Positions 32,747 through 42,019 are shown, counted from the stretch's first letter. The stretch is DNA of 64,000 nucleotides from a virus (IMGVR_UViG_3300011006_000010:32001-96000), one strand, 5' to 3'. Numbers and translations are program-made. The notes: generated by a model from the sequence alone, not told the origin.

Positions 32747-34111
32747 ATGAGCACAACAACTAATGTGTCGGATTCTGTCAGCCTCGCACCTTCTAACTAT
32801 ACTGGTTTGACGTCGCTCACAACGACAACCACATATCCTGTTTCAAACGGTTATACAGGCTCTGATTCTACAACGTATGCAAGATTTACTCTATCTTCAG
32901 GGGCAACGGGATATCTTTACTACATGTTTGACACGTCTGATATTCCATCAGGAGCAACGATAGACAGCATCTCGTGTTCAGTAAGAGCAAGAGTATCATC
33001 GACATCGAGAGTCACTTCTACAAATGCACAATTATATTCTGGAACGACTGCGAAAGGATCATCCAGCACGTTCGCTTCGACGTCAAGCACAAACACGTTT
33101 AGCTTGACCACGGGAACATGGACTAGAAGTGAACTTAATGACCTGCGTTTGAGAATAGGCGCTACAGGATCGTCAGGGAGCGGCGGTTCATCCTCCCGCT
33201 ATATCTATTTCCATGGCGCGACTGTGACGATCGTATACTCTTATCAAGAGATTGCATATGAAATCACACTGACAAATAATGCGGGTATCACAACAGATCC
33301 TGCAGCTTCAGGAACGGTAGTAAGTGGAAATAATTATACTCTTACTCTCTATCCAGAAAGCGCAGACGTTACGGTAACGGACAACGGGACTGATGTAACA
33401 AACAGCCTTGTTTCTCATGAACCATCTGCCGGAGGAACGGAAACGTATACTCCAGCAAGTTACACATATGCAAGCTTGAACAGCACAAACTACTGTGGCT
33501 ACTGTATTGGATATTCTGCAGAGTCGCCCTATAGCAGTTCATCTAATACGTATTCGAGTGGTAGTGGCACGGTTGGGCATATCGATTACAGCTTTGGACT
33601 CACATCTGATCTGTTTCCAAGCAATGCAACGATCACAGCGGTTACTTGTGCAGCTACAGGGCATTGTGAAAGTACGTCACAGTCATCTGAGGTGTCAAGA
33701 GTCACTTTATATTTGAACAGCAGCTCTATCAGCAGCACTGAAAGCTTCACAAGTACGTCAAACACTACTGTTAATCTGACTGCTACAACGCTGCCGACTG
33801 TGTCCAATATAGATACTCTTGTAATGAGACACGAGGTTGGATATTATGGTGGGCTTGTCAACGGTGCTACGCTGAGCATCACATATACTGTTCCAACCAC
33901 TGGGAACGATTACTATACTTATACACTGACTACAGTATCAGCAGACCATGTGATCATCATCGGCTCAGGTTCATCTGCAGCATTGTATTTGAAGGTCAAT
34001 GGATCATGGGTAGCTGTGAGCAAGGCATATCAGAAGGTTGGCGGGTCGTGGGTCGAACAGGATATTACGACACTGTTTAATACAAATACAAATTATGTTA
34101 GAAGAAATTAA
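32747..34111 (+). CDS. Ser/Thr-rich beta-sandwich fibre tip protein
   Basis: Two 'FD.S.IP..ATI..V.C' domains; C-terminal 'YLKVNGSW...YQKVGGSW'. Confidence 0.6.
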   Translation: MSTTTNVSDSVSLAPSNYTGLTSLTTTTTYPVSNGYTGSDSTTYARFTLSSGATGYLYYMFDTSDIPSGATIDSISCSVRARVSSTSRVTSTNAQLYSGTTAKGSSSTFASTSSTNTFSLTTGTWTRSELNDLRLRIGATGSSGSGGSSSRYIYFHGATVTIVYSYQEIAYEITLTNNAGITTDPAASGTVVSGNNYTLTLYPESADVTVTDNGTDVTNSLVSHEPSAGGTETYTPASYTYASLNSTNYCGYCIGYSAESPYSSSSNTYSSGSGTVGHIDYSFGLTSDLFPSNATITAVTCAATGHCESTSQSSEVSRVTLYLNSSSISSTESFTSTSNTTVNLTATTLPTVSNIDTLVMRHEVGYYGGLVNGATLSITYTVPTTGNDYYTYTLTTVSADHVIIIGSGSSAALYLKVNGSWVAVSKAYQKVGGSWVEQDITTLFNTNTNYVRRN

Positions 34112-34117
34112 CATCGC

Positions 34118-34143
34118 AGAGAGAAGTGCCCCTTCTCTCTTTT
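34118..34143 (+). terminator. Intrinsic terminator-like hairpin
   Basis: AGAGAGAAG/CTTCTCTCT stem plus TTT. Confidence 0.6.
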
Positions 34144-34165
34144 AACTTTAATTTTTAAAGGAGTT

Positions 34166-34444
34166 TTGGACATGAAAATTAAAACAGATACTATTATTCG
34201 CACTATTATTTTAGCATTGGCATTAGTCAATCAGATTTTAGTTACTACTGGACATTCAGTTATTCCTGTAACTGATGAACAGGTTAGCGAAATCATTACG
34301 CTCGCAGTAACTGTTGGCGCTTCTTTATGGGCATGGTGGAAGAACAATTCTTTTACGCAGAATGCTATTAAAGCCGACGAATATCTAGCAGAGCTGCGTG
34401 ATGAAGAAGACGACATCTCAGAAGGAGATGTCGAAGATGAGTAA
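34166..34444 (+). CDS. SPP1-family holin
   Basis: 'TIIRTIIL.LALVNQ' and 'WAWWKNNSFT' signature; two TM segments. Confidence 0.9.
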   Translation: MDMKIKTDTIIRTIILALALVNQILVTTGHSVIPVTDEQVSEIITLAVTVGASLWAWWKNNSFTQNAIKADEYLAELRDEEDDISEGDVEDE

Positions 34445-34754
34445 TGCAATAACAGTTGAGACTATTGTAATGATTGTCGGCTTTGCTTTGACAATTGTTA
34501 CTTTTGTAACCACAAGAAGAAAAGACATTGAAAAAGAAACAACAGAACGTACAAAAATGTATACGAAGGTCGATGAAACATGTAATCGTATCAATGAAAT
34601 TCTTCGCTCTGTTGACAGAATGTCAGATAAATTTGACGGTTTGAATCACACACAGTCAAGACATGACGAACAGATCAAGACCGTTTTTAAAACGCTAGAC
34701 ACACATGAAGAACGCATTCAGCGTTTGGAACAGAAGTGTCATTCAATGGATTAA
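34437..34754 (+). CDS. Membrane-anchored coiled-coil lysis-module protein
   Basis: AAGGAG 9 nt before ATG 34437; N-terminal TM plus coiled coil; lies between holin and endolysin. Confidence 0.65.
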   Translation: MSNAITVETIVMIVGFALTIVTFVTTRRKDIEKETTERTKMYTKVDETCNRINEILRSVDRMSDKFDGLNHTQSRHDEQIKTVFKTLDTHEERIQRLEQKCHSMD

Positions 34755-34799
34755 AAAAGAAACCATTATGTTAAAAACATGAATTAAGGAGGAATCATT

Positions 34800-35639
34800 A
34801 TGTCAAAAATCCCAGATATCTCACACTACCATCCAGTATCTGATTGGGCTAAAGTAAAAGCGAACTGTTCATTTTTGATTTCTAAAGCAACTCAGGGAAT
34901 CAGCTATATTGACCCTACTCTCGATTCATTCATCAAAGGCTGTGAAGCTAATAAAATTCCTTACTATCTATATGTCTATCTAAACAAGGGAGACGAACTT
35001 CTCCAGGCTAAATATATGGTTTCTGTGTGCAAATCTAAGGTCGGGTCATATTTTCGTGGGTATGCTCTTGATGTAGAAGCAGGTAATTCTGCGACAAATG
35101 TTAAAAATGCATTAGATTATATCTGTAATCAGTCTCCTAAGGCTCTGCTTTATACGATGTATTCACAGTATGACAAATATAAAGCTGTTATCACTTCTCG
35201 CCCTAGCAACTGTGCATGGTGGGAAGCTAGATATGGTGCAAACAATGGTTCATACAGTGCTACGTATCCATGTCATACCGGAGTTGATCTTCATCAGTAT
35301 ACAAGCAAAGGAACCTGTAGTGGAGTCAGCGGCTCTTCAGTTGACTTAAATAGAGTTTCTGGTGCAAAACCATTGTCATGGTTTACGGATGGCGTCAAGA
35401 CTGCTACGGCTTCAACTACTACTAAGACTACAGTAAGTTATTATTCAAAATATAGTGGAAAATCTGTAAGAATTGATACTATTTTCAAAGCAATTGGAGT
35501 ACCTGCCAAATACAGAGGCACATACAAGAAGAGGCTGCCAGTAGCTAAGAAGAATGGGATCTCTAACTACACAGGTACGGCAGCACAGAACAAAAAGCTG
35601 ATTGATTTAGCAAAGAAAGGTAAATTAGTTAAAGCATGA
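34800..35639 (+). CDS. GH25 muramidase endolysin with basic C-terminal cell-wall-binding domain
   Basis: 'PDISHY', 'KATQG.SYIDP', 'LDVE', 'HQYTS.G', 'VDLN' GH25 motifs. Confidence 0.9.
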   Translation: MSKIPDISHYHPVSDWAKVKANCSFLISKATQGISYIDPTLDSFIKGCEANKIPYYLYVYLNKGDELLQAKYMVSVCKSKVGSYFRGYALDVEAGNSATNVKNALDYICNQSPKALLYTMYSQYDKYKAVITSRPSNCAWWEARYGANNGSYSATYPCHTGVDLHQYTSKGTCSGVSGSSVDLNRVSGAKPLSWFTDGVKTATASTTTKTTVSYYSKYSGKSVRIDTIFKAIGVPAKYRGTYKKRLPVAKKNGISNYTGTAAQNKKLIDLAKKGKLVKA

Positions 35640-36520
35640 TTAAAGCGAGTTTAGTATATTATATCAAAGGACTGCCCTTAACATATGCGGTTCAGAAAAC
35701 ATATGTTGGAACAAAGTATGTTTATGCACTTCAGAGAAAAGACAAAGACGCATGGTTGTCAAGATGTCTGATCGAAGGACGTACCGCAACCTATGTAGAC
35801 CATATGGTTCTCAAGAATTTTGGACATGGACAGACATTAGATTGGTATCAATGGAATGAAAAAGATTATTGGCTTGTCGTTTGTAAAGCAACAGATATCG
35901 ACAAGTATAAATGGGGAGTTCAGATTGGGCGTGTGGAATATGTTCCAGACGGCACTATTAACTATACGGAGATTGAAAGATTGTCTTCATGTAATAGAGC
36001 AAGAAAATCTGCAAAATCCCTTGGAGAAATCAAACGTTTAGATGGCGGTCTATCACCAAATAAGAAATATCTTTTTATTTGGGTATGCACGAAGAAGAAC
36101 AAGCGCATGTTTACATTATACGATTTTGACAAAATCAATGAAGCATGGGATAAGAAAATCGATGCTTCATCTAAATATGTTGCTTGTGATTTAGACGAGA
36201 TCAAAAACGCTAATCTAAAGAGTCAAGACAACGGTATTGTCCAAAGAGTTGCATATGGATCATGTCAAGGTTTGGCTATCGATAATATCAAGAATGTTTA
36301 TCTTATCGGCGGAGCCATTGGCAGAAGAACATCAATTCTGAAATTTAAATATGGTGATGGGTGGAAAACTCCATCAACGACCTTGGTTTCAATTGGTAAG
36401 AATTTTACTAAGCATAGTGAAACTGAAGGTATTCAGGTTAAAGGCGATACTATTTATTTTAGTATTACCGACAAATCAAAAAAGGATAGATATATTATCT
36501 ATTCAATCGAAAAATACTAA
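35636..36520 (+). CDS. Helveticin-J-like (class III bacteriocin family/beta-propeller) protein
   Basis: Motif series 'GHGQTL', 'W..QIGRV', 'NRA', 'R.DGGLSP..KY', 'GS.QG..ID', 'ETEGIQV' recalls helveticin J-family proteins; ATGA overlap with endolysin. Confidence 0.6.
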   Translation: MIKASLVYYIKGLPLTYAVQKTYVGTKYVYALQRKDKDAWLSRCLIEGRTATYVDHMVLKNFGHGQTLDWYQWNEKDYWLVVCKATDIDKYKWGVQIGRVEYVPDGTINYTEIERLSSCNRARKSAKSLGEIKRLDGGLSPNKKYLFIWVCTKKNKRMFTLYDFDKINEAWDKKIDASSKYVACDLDEIKNANLKSQDNGIVQRVAYGSCQGLAIDNIKNVYLIGGAIGRRTSILKFKYGDGWKTPSTTLVSIGKNFTKHSETEGIQVKGDTIYFSITDKSKKDRYIIYSIEKY

Positions 36521-36573
36521 TATATCAAAAGCATTCATAATATAGCGTAGGCTATATTCAAAGGAGTGAAATT

Positions 36574-36762
36574 ATGCTGCCAGATATATATAAACGTGTC
36601 AGAGAAGACGCAGTTCCTCTTTGGACACGAGATGGGACACAACATTTTCCAAAATCTTTATATGGATTACCTTTGAAAATAATTGATCAAACTCCAACGA
36701 CTTATACGTTGAAGTTTACTGAAGAATATATCTTCGAGATGAAAAAAGATGATTGTTATTGA
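36574..36762 (+). CDS. Small hypothetical protein
   Basis: AAGGAG RBS; 62 aa. Confidence 0.5.
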   Translation: MLPDIYKRVREDAVPLWTRDGTQHFPKSLYGLPLKIIDQTPTTYTLKFTEEYIFEMKKDDCY

Positions 36763-36808
36763 TTGACTCAGAGATGTATATGTGATATCTTATCATCAAT
36801 GAGTGTAG

Positions 36809-36845
36809 AGGGGAGTATGGCTTAATGTCATATTCCCCTTTTTTT
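36809..36845 (+). terminator. Intrinsic terminator closing the late/lysis operon
   Basis: 13-bp stem AGGGGAGTATGGC/GTCATATTCCCCT (two G-U) plus T-run. Confidence 0.8.
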
Positions 36846-36852
36846 GATTTTC

Positions 36853-36861
36853 TGTTATAAT
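36853..36861 (+). promoter_or_regulatory. Extended -10 promoter (TGn-TATAAT), probably giving a leaderless mRNA
   Basis: TGTTATAAT then 6 nt to ATG 36868; no RBS. Confidence 0.55.
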
Positions 36862-36867
36862 GTATAT

Positions 36868-37419
36868 ATGGATAAATATTATTTAAATGAAGCAATCGAA
36901 TATACTTGCGACGTCCTTGACATTTCTAAGCCAAAACTTAGAACATCTATGCTTAGAGAAGATAGAGGAAAGACAGCTAGATATTATATTACTGACAGAG
37001 GTGGAAGATTATTTATTGATCTGAAATCTTTTACGGATATGCGTCAATTATATTTCACTCTTTTTCATGAGCTATTTCACCATTTTCAAGCTATTAAATG
37101 TGGGATGTATAAGTCTCAAGGAAATAGCAGTTCAATTGATTTTGATGAAGAGCATATAGATTTTTGGGCACAGGAATTGAGTAATTACAAAGCTAACGGT
37201 GTAGAAGGATACGACGATCAATACCTCGAATTGGATTCTAACGCATTTGGAATCTATATGTCTAAAGTATTATGGAATCTAGATGTCCCGTATAATTCAG
37301 AGGCTGTAGACAGAGATAAACTTATTGAATGTGTGGTCAAAATAAAAAAAGCAATACCCGCACAAGATGTGCTAGGTATTGCTGAAGACTATGATTTATT
37401 GGATCTAGGAGAAAATTAG
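36868..37419 (+). CDS. HExxH zinc metallopeptidase (ImmA/IrrE-like)
   Basis: 'TLFHELFHHFQ' plus downstream 'ELDSNAFG'. Confidence 0.65.
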   Translation: MDKYYLNEAIEYTCDVLDISKPKLRTSMLREDRGKTARYYITDRGGRLFIDLKSFTDMRQLYFTLFHELFHHFQAIKCGMYKSQGNSSSIDFDEEHIDFWAQELSNYKANGVEGYDDQYLELDSNAFGIYMSKVLWNLDVPYNSEAVDRDKLIECVVKIKKAIPAQDVLGIAEDYDLLDLGEN

Positions 37420-37434
37420 TTTCTCCTTTTTTTT
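37407..37434 (+). terminator. Intrinsic terminator
   Basis: AGGAGAAA/TTTCTCCT stem plus T7. Confidence 0.7.
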
Positions 37435-37442
37435 GTGGAAAA

Positions 37443-37583
37443 TTATCTATTACCTTTTGCTCTATTATGTGTTTTACAGAGCATCGTGCAATTTGACAGG
37501 TTGGTTTCACCTTTCTTACCGTCAAGATAGTCTCTTACTGCCTGGATCTTCTGCTCAGGTGTAAATTTGGATTTTCTTTCCAT
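37443..37583 (-). pseudogene. 46-aa chimera: IS3-family OrfA N-terminus fused in frame to the C-terminal tail of an HNH nuclease
   Basis: Translates MERKSKFTPEQKIQAVRDYLDGKK|GETNLSNCTMLCKTHNRAKGNR; not in the ORF track. Confidence 0.7.
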
Positions 37584-37645
37584 ACAAAAATCACTCCTTT
37601 CAACAGTTTACTTATTTAAACTGTCTACTTAGAGTGATCATATCA
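37509..37645 (-). mobile_element. Truncated IS3-family (IS150-group-like) left end
   Basis: IRL-like TGATATGATCACTCTAAGTAGACAG (37645-37621), AAGGAG RBS and OrfA HTH start; no transposase or IRR. Confidence 0.65.
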
Positions 37646-37672
37646 AATTGCTCCTGTGTGGTCTTTATAAAT

Positions 37673-38590
37673 CTACGAACGCAACTTGATCTCCACCGAA
37701 AGAATAAAGTCCGCCATTGCCATAGCTGCGTTTACAAATAGCCTTGCGTGGTGTTCATCTATGGCTATTCTGGTTGCGCCTACACCGTGGGCGTCACTGT
37801 CTTTATTCCTCATCTCAGAAATTGCAGATACAATTTTCTCCAAACCTGAGAGCAGAGTGTTAATACGCCTGTCCGTGTTAGCATCTCCATGCATATTGTA
37901 TAGATTTTTGACCTGTTTATACAAATTGCTAATTCTACCGGAAGTCGAAGGAGTTTCTCCCTTTTTCTCTATGACATAGCAGAATACTTCTTCAAGCAGT
38001 GTACGCGATTTTGTTATGGCACTGTCATAGTTGTGCTGGTCTACATCGTTCAAGGCTCGCGTAGAAATACTTCTAATATATTCACGATCAATATTTCTGA
38101 TTTTCGGTGCTTGGACTTCGACTTTTGCACCTATCTTTCTGACAACAAAATGATCGCCTGTAGAAACAAGTTCATGTCCGCCAAAATACAATGTGCCGTT
38201 GATTTTTTCAATGATGGTCTGAACAAAATAATTATATGCGGTTTCTATTACGCTTGCCTCATGACCTGTTAGCACACTGGAGAATTGCTGTTTCCCAAAT
38301 AGATATGCTAAAAAATCAGAGCATCGGTTGACCTTTATACAGTGTTCAAAAAGGTTGTCAAGGTATTGCCAACGGCTGAGATTTACACCTCCCCAGCTAT
38401 AAGTCATTGGCAATCCGAATAGCGTAGATAATTCACATAAATTCGGGCCGCTCAAATATGGCATGGAAATCTGAATCTTTGTGTGGTTATCACTAAATTC
38501 ATATTCTTCAAATTTTGTATCTCCATCCAGAATGGCGTATATCTCCTTGTTCATCAACAATCTAAATGGATTCTGAGTTTCTTTTTCCAT
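37673..38590 (-). CDS. Abi_C/AbiJ-like HEPN abortive-infection protein
   Basis: 'AITKSRTLLEEV' and HEPN Rx6H motif 'RNKDSDAH'; ATG 38590 behind a TAGGAG RBS overlapping the S-gene stop. Confidence 0.8.
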   Translation of the reverse strand: MEKETQNPFRLLMNKEIYAILDGDTKFEEYEFSDNHTKIQISMPYLSGPNLCELSTLFGLPMTYSWGGVNLSRWQYLDNLFEHCIKVNRCSDFLAYLFGKQQFSSVLTGHEASVIETAYNYFVQTIIEKINGTLYFGGHELVSTGDHFVVRKIGAKVEVQAPKIRNIDREYIRSISTRALNDVDQHNYDSAITKSRTLLEEVFCYVIEKKGETPSTSGRISNLYKQVKNLYNMHGDANTDRRINTLLSGLEKIVSAISEMRNKDSDAHGVGATRIAIDEHHARLFVNAAMAMADFILSVEIKLRS

Positions 38591-38600
38591 ACCAACACTC

Positions 38601-40043
38601 CTAATCAACACAGGTGTCTATGTACGATATAGCAGCTGCTTCATCTTCCTCTATGGCTATCTCGACTGCCCGTACTGCCGTTGCGATAAGTTTCTCCGCC
38701 TGTCTGCGAAGAGCAAAGGATTTCTGTACCTTTTCGGCTATGTCTTTTTGTGACATATCGTCAATAAGTGGCAAAGGCATGGATAGTAAAAAGTCTTTCG
38801 ATATAGCTGTCAAAATTGTTCCGGAGCAACGCTGTTTCATAAGTGCTTGAATCGGTTCAGACTTAAATAGCACCAACAAAGTCTCGGAGTTGATGTGATC
38901 CGAATCAATAACATAAAAACCAGTTGAGCAAAGCGCGTTGTGGTAATCATCCGTTATCAGTGCGCAGCTTTGCAGCGAGCCTTCGATAGACGATATAATC
39001 ACTTGACCTTTATTGACTTTTCTCCTTGCTCTTGTAGGTAAGTCTTTGCCATGGATTTTTTCAACGCCATAGACATTACCAAACATACCTACATTTGCCA
39101 ACTCTATATATTGATAATCCTTTTTCTCATCAGGCACGTAATTGGCATCATGAATGTCGCATAATGTTCCGACCGATTCTGTGGTATTTAATCTTTTTTC
39201 TATGTCCTCATACTTCGGTTGGTAATATTCCGCATCCAGTCTGCCTGAGGTGCCGAAGGATTCTGAAAGTAACTTTTCAGAAATGCCGTTTTTTGACACC
39301 ATTGCTGAATCAAATCCTAAAGCAGACAAAAGAAATGTTTTTGCCTCTTCATGTACTTCAGATTCCTTTACCACCTTATCATGAGCAGACTGTATTACTT
39401 CCTTGATTTGCTCCTGTAAGCAGGATGAAAAAATCGGAATAAGTAATTGATCAAAATCCTCCAGCAAAAGTCCGGTCTGAGCTGCCCCGCGTTTGAATTT
39501 CTGAATTTGATTCTGACCATACTTCGTCTTTATGAAGGTAAGGAGTACTTCCGGGAGAATATCTGTTTGTTTGCTTCTCATGATTGCCAACTTACAACTG
39601 CAAGTTGCTTCGGAGTCCGATGTGACAATTGCACTATTGCCGACTATCGCACCCACAATAGACATAAGCACATCTCCACGTTTAAGATGTGACCTTTTCA
39701 TGTGCGGATGATTAAACGTATTCGTGTCTATACAAACTGGCGACGCCGCTTCGATAAATATATTGTATATATCCTGACCTCGGTAATATGGGATACCTTT
39801 ATTGCGGAAAGCATCGCTAATCGACATATGATTTCCGTCAGAGACAGAAAATGATGCCGTAAAAGACTGCAATGTTTTTTCTTTTAGGAAATCGGACACT
39901 TCCAGATTTCCTTTTTTATAGAATTCTGCATCTATGCGAGCAGTTCTCTCAAGAGCAGAAAGATATATTTCGCTGCACTCCAGCCCATCCATCAAAGCCT
40001 TGTATTTGGCTTCATCGAAAGGTTCAATGGATGGGCTTATCAA
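38601..40043 (-). CDS. Restriction-modification specificity (S) subunit with two TRDs
   Basis: Duplicated 'RIDAEFY'/'RLDAEYY' and 'IP..Q..I' repeat halves; ATGA overlap with the RM gene. Confidence 0.85.
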   Translation of the reverse strand: MISPSIEPFDEAKYKALMDGLECSEIYLSALERTARIDAEFYKKGNLEVSDFLKEKTLQSFTASFSVSDGNHMSISDAFRNKGIPYYRGQDIYNIFIEAASPVCIDTNTFNHPHMKRSHLKRGDVLMSIVGAIVGNSAIVTSDSEATCSCKLAIMRSKQTDILPEVLLTFIKTKYGQNQIQKFKRGAAQTGLLLEDFDQLLIPIFSSCLQEQIKEVIQSAHDKVVKESEVHEEAKTFLLSALGFDSAMVSKNGISEKLLSESFGTSGRLDAEYYQPKYEDIEKRLNTTESVGTLCDIHDANYVPDEKKDYQYIELANVGMFGNVYGVEKIHGKDLPTRARRKVNKGQVIISSIEGSLQSCALITDDYHNALCSTGFYVIDSDHINSETLLVLFKSEPIQALMKQRCSGTILTAISKDFLLSMPLPLIDDMSQKDIAEKVQKSFALRRQAEKLIATAVRAVEIAIEEDEAAAISYIDTCVD

Positions 40044-42019
40044 AAAAAACTTAAACCTTCCTTTTTTGCAAATTCAGCAAATGCCTCGGCAATACCGTCC
40101 TCTGTCAGACCGTCATGATTATACAAATCATGATCGACTATCATATGACCATGTTCGTCGAGGATGATATGCCCCTCTCTGTCGGTACGCACAATCTTAT
40201 CGCCGGAACTATCCTTGCTCGGCTTCCGCATAGTGGCAAAGAATATAGGATAATCGTCCTTCTTCGGGCAGAGGGCATCATCCCACTTCTGGATGAACAG
40301 CACCGATGTCTTAGTCCCAGTATGCGGCTTGAATACATTTCCGTGCAATCCGACCACAGCAAGAATACGGCAGCGTTCCAAGATAAAGTCACGGATGTAC
40401 TTGTCGCTCGCATTATTAAACCGTCCCTGCGGCAGTACAATCGCCATTCGACCGCCAGGCTTCAGGAAAGAGAGGTTTCTTTCGATAAAGAGAATGTCCC
40501 TTCCGACCTTACTCCGATATTTACCTTTGGCATTTTTACCCAGCTCATATTTTGCGATGATACGGCTCTCTTTGATGTCCCCGGCAAAGGGCGGATTCGC
40601 CATAACGATATCGAAATTAAAATCCCGGTTCTCGTCCCTATTCGCGCGAAGCGCACGCAAGCCGCGCCAGCCCTCAAAGTAGATATCCTGCCACGCCTCA
40701 TCCTTTGTGGTATCATCCCAACGCTCATAATCAAGCGTATTCAGATGCATGACGTTCGTCCTGCCGTCTCCGGCAATTAGATTCAGTGTTCTTGCCACAC
40801 GAACAGCCTTTTCGTCAAAGTCAATGGCAAACACATTTTTGCGGACGTAATCCTCACATTCGGCAGGCTTCTTTTCTGTGGTGAACAGATGACTCTGCTC
40901 GATACCTTTCTCTTTCAGAATGCTTTTCCATACATAGAAGATTGTATGGACAGGAAAGCCGCATGAACCCGAAGCAGTGTCTATCATTTTCTCTGTCTTT
41001 TTTGGATTGAGCATACGGACGCACATATCAATCACATAGCGCGGCGTAAAGAACTGTCCCTTTTCGCCTTTTTGCGACTTGCTCATCAAATATTCGAAGG
41101 CATCGTCCACTACATCCAAATTGGAGTTGAACAGTTTCACGTCCTGCAGAGATGATACACACACCGAAAGGTGGGACGGCGTGAGCGCAATAACGGCATC
41201 GGACGCAAATACGCCCGGCCACTTATCTTTCGCCTTTTCAAACAGCGATTGGATATTTGCTTTCAAGTCTTCGTCCGTATCGCCATAATTACGGAATTCG
41301 AGCATCCGGCTGTGATCTCTGCCGCTCTCCATTTCGTCATATAGCTTGGTATAGATGAGCTTGAATACTTCCTCGAAAACATCCACTCCGGCATTCGCAA
41401 GGACTTCATCCTCCATTTCCTCAATCAGCCCCTTAAGGGACTTCTTTTCGCTAACGAGCTTGTCCTTTTTCACAAGGTCATCAATCGTCCAGCGTTCGGT
41501 CAGGATATCCTTCAGCTTCTGCGTGGCAGTAGGGATGTTCGGAATATCCTCAAAATAATTGGGATCTTTCCTATGGTAGAAAGAAATCTGCTGACCGTTT
41601 GTCCATACGCCCATTGTCGCGCCTGTGGCATTACAGTAGGACTTAAGCTGTTCCTTTCCATCAGAGAGCTTCGGTTTTTTTACTTCTATAATGATGTATT
41701 CCACATTAGGATGTGACTTTTCAAAAATCACTATATCGGCGCGTTTTATCTCTCGTCCGAAATGGATATGACGCTCCAGTTCCATCTGGTCGGTGGAATA
41801 GCCGTAATCATGAACGAGTGTGTAAATATAGAGCTGCCGAACAGCCTCCTCTGGCGTCAGCTTGATTTCCTTCTGCCGCACCAAGCATTGGATATAAGGT
41901 ACATCTGCGCCTTTAACGGTTTTTGTGTAAATCTTGCTTTCAATTGCCTGTACAGCCTCATTGCTGAAAAGAGAGCTGTTATGGCTGCTGTCTTTGAAAA
42001 GTTGTTCCAGTGAATACAT
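40040..42019 (-). CDS. Fused endonuclease-N6-adenine methyltransferase (HsdR_N-like PD-(D/E)xK plus N6_Mtase; Type IIB/IIG-like with separate S)
   Basis: 'RADIVIF...IEVKK' nuclease motif, 'GQFFTPR', motif I 'DTASGSCGF', motif IV 'NPPF'; no motor subunit nearby. Confidence 0.9.
   Translation of the reverse strand: MYSLEQLFKDSSHNSSLFSNEAVQAIESKIYTKTVKGADVPYIQCLVRQKEIKLTPEEAVRQLYIYTLVHDYGYSTDQMELERHIHFGREIKRADIVIFEKSHPNVEYIIIEVKKPKLSDGKEQLKSYCNATGATMGVWTNGQQISFYHRKDPNYFEDIPNIPTATQKLKDILTERWTIDDLVKKDKLVSEKKSLKGLIEEMEDEVLANAGVDVFEEVFKLIYTKLYDEMESGRDHSRMLEFRNYGDTDEDLKANIQSLFEKAKDKWPGVFASDAVIALTPSHLSVCVSSLQDVKLFNSNLDVVDDAFEYLMSKSQKGEKGQFFTPRYVIDMCVRMLNPKKTEKMIDTASGSCGFPVHTIFYVWKSILKEKGIEQSHLFTTEKKPAECEDYVRKNVFAIDFDEKAVRVARTLNLIAGDGRTNVMHLNTLDYERWDDTTKDEAWQDIYFEGWRGLRALRANRDENRDFNFDIVMANPPFAGDIKESRIIAKYELGKNAKGKYRSKVGRDILFIERNLSFLKPGGRMAIVLPQGRFNNASDKYIRDFILERCRILAVVGLHGNVFKPHTGTKTSVLFIQKWDDALCPKKDDYPIFFATMRKPSKDSSGDKIVRTDREGHIILDEHGHMIVDHDLYNHDGLTEDGIAEAFAEFAKKEGLSFF

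Noticed and set aside
7503-34111. Diversity-generating retroelement or shufflon acting on fibre genes
   Set aside because: No reverse transcriptase or invertase is visible, all genes are co-oriented, and the repeats I compared differ at synonymous sites of all bases rather than at adenines.
40115-40780. 221-aa antisense ORF and other short shadow ORFs in the track
   Set aside because: They lie opposite or out of frame within well-supported genes, with no RBS or motifs; expected in GC-richer or biased-codon DNA.
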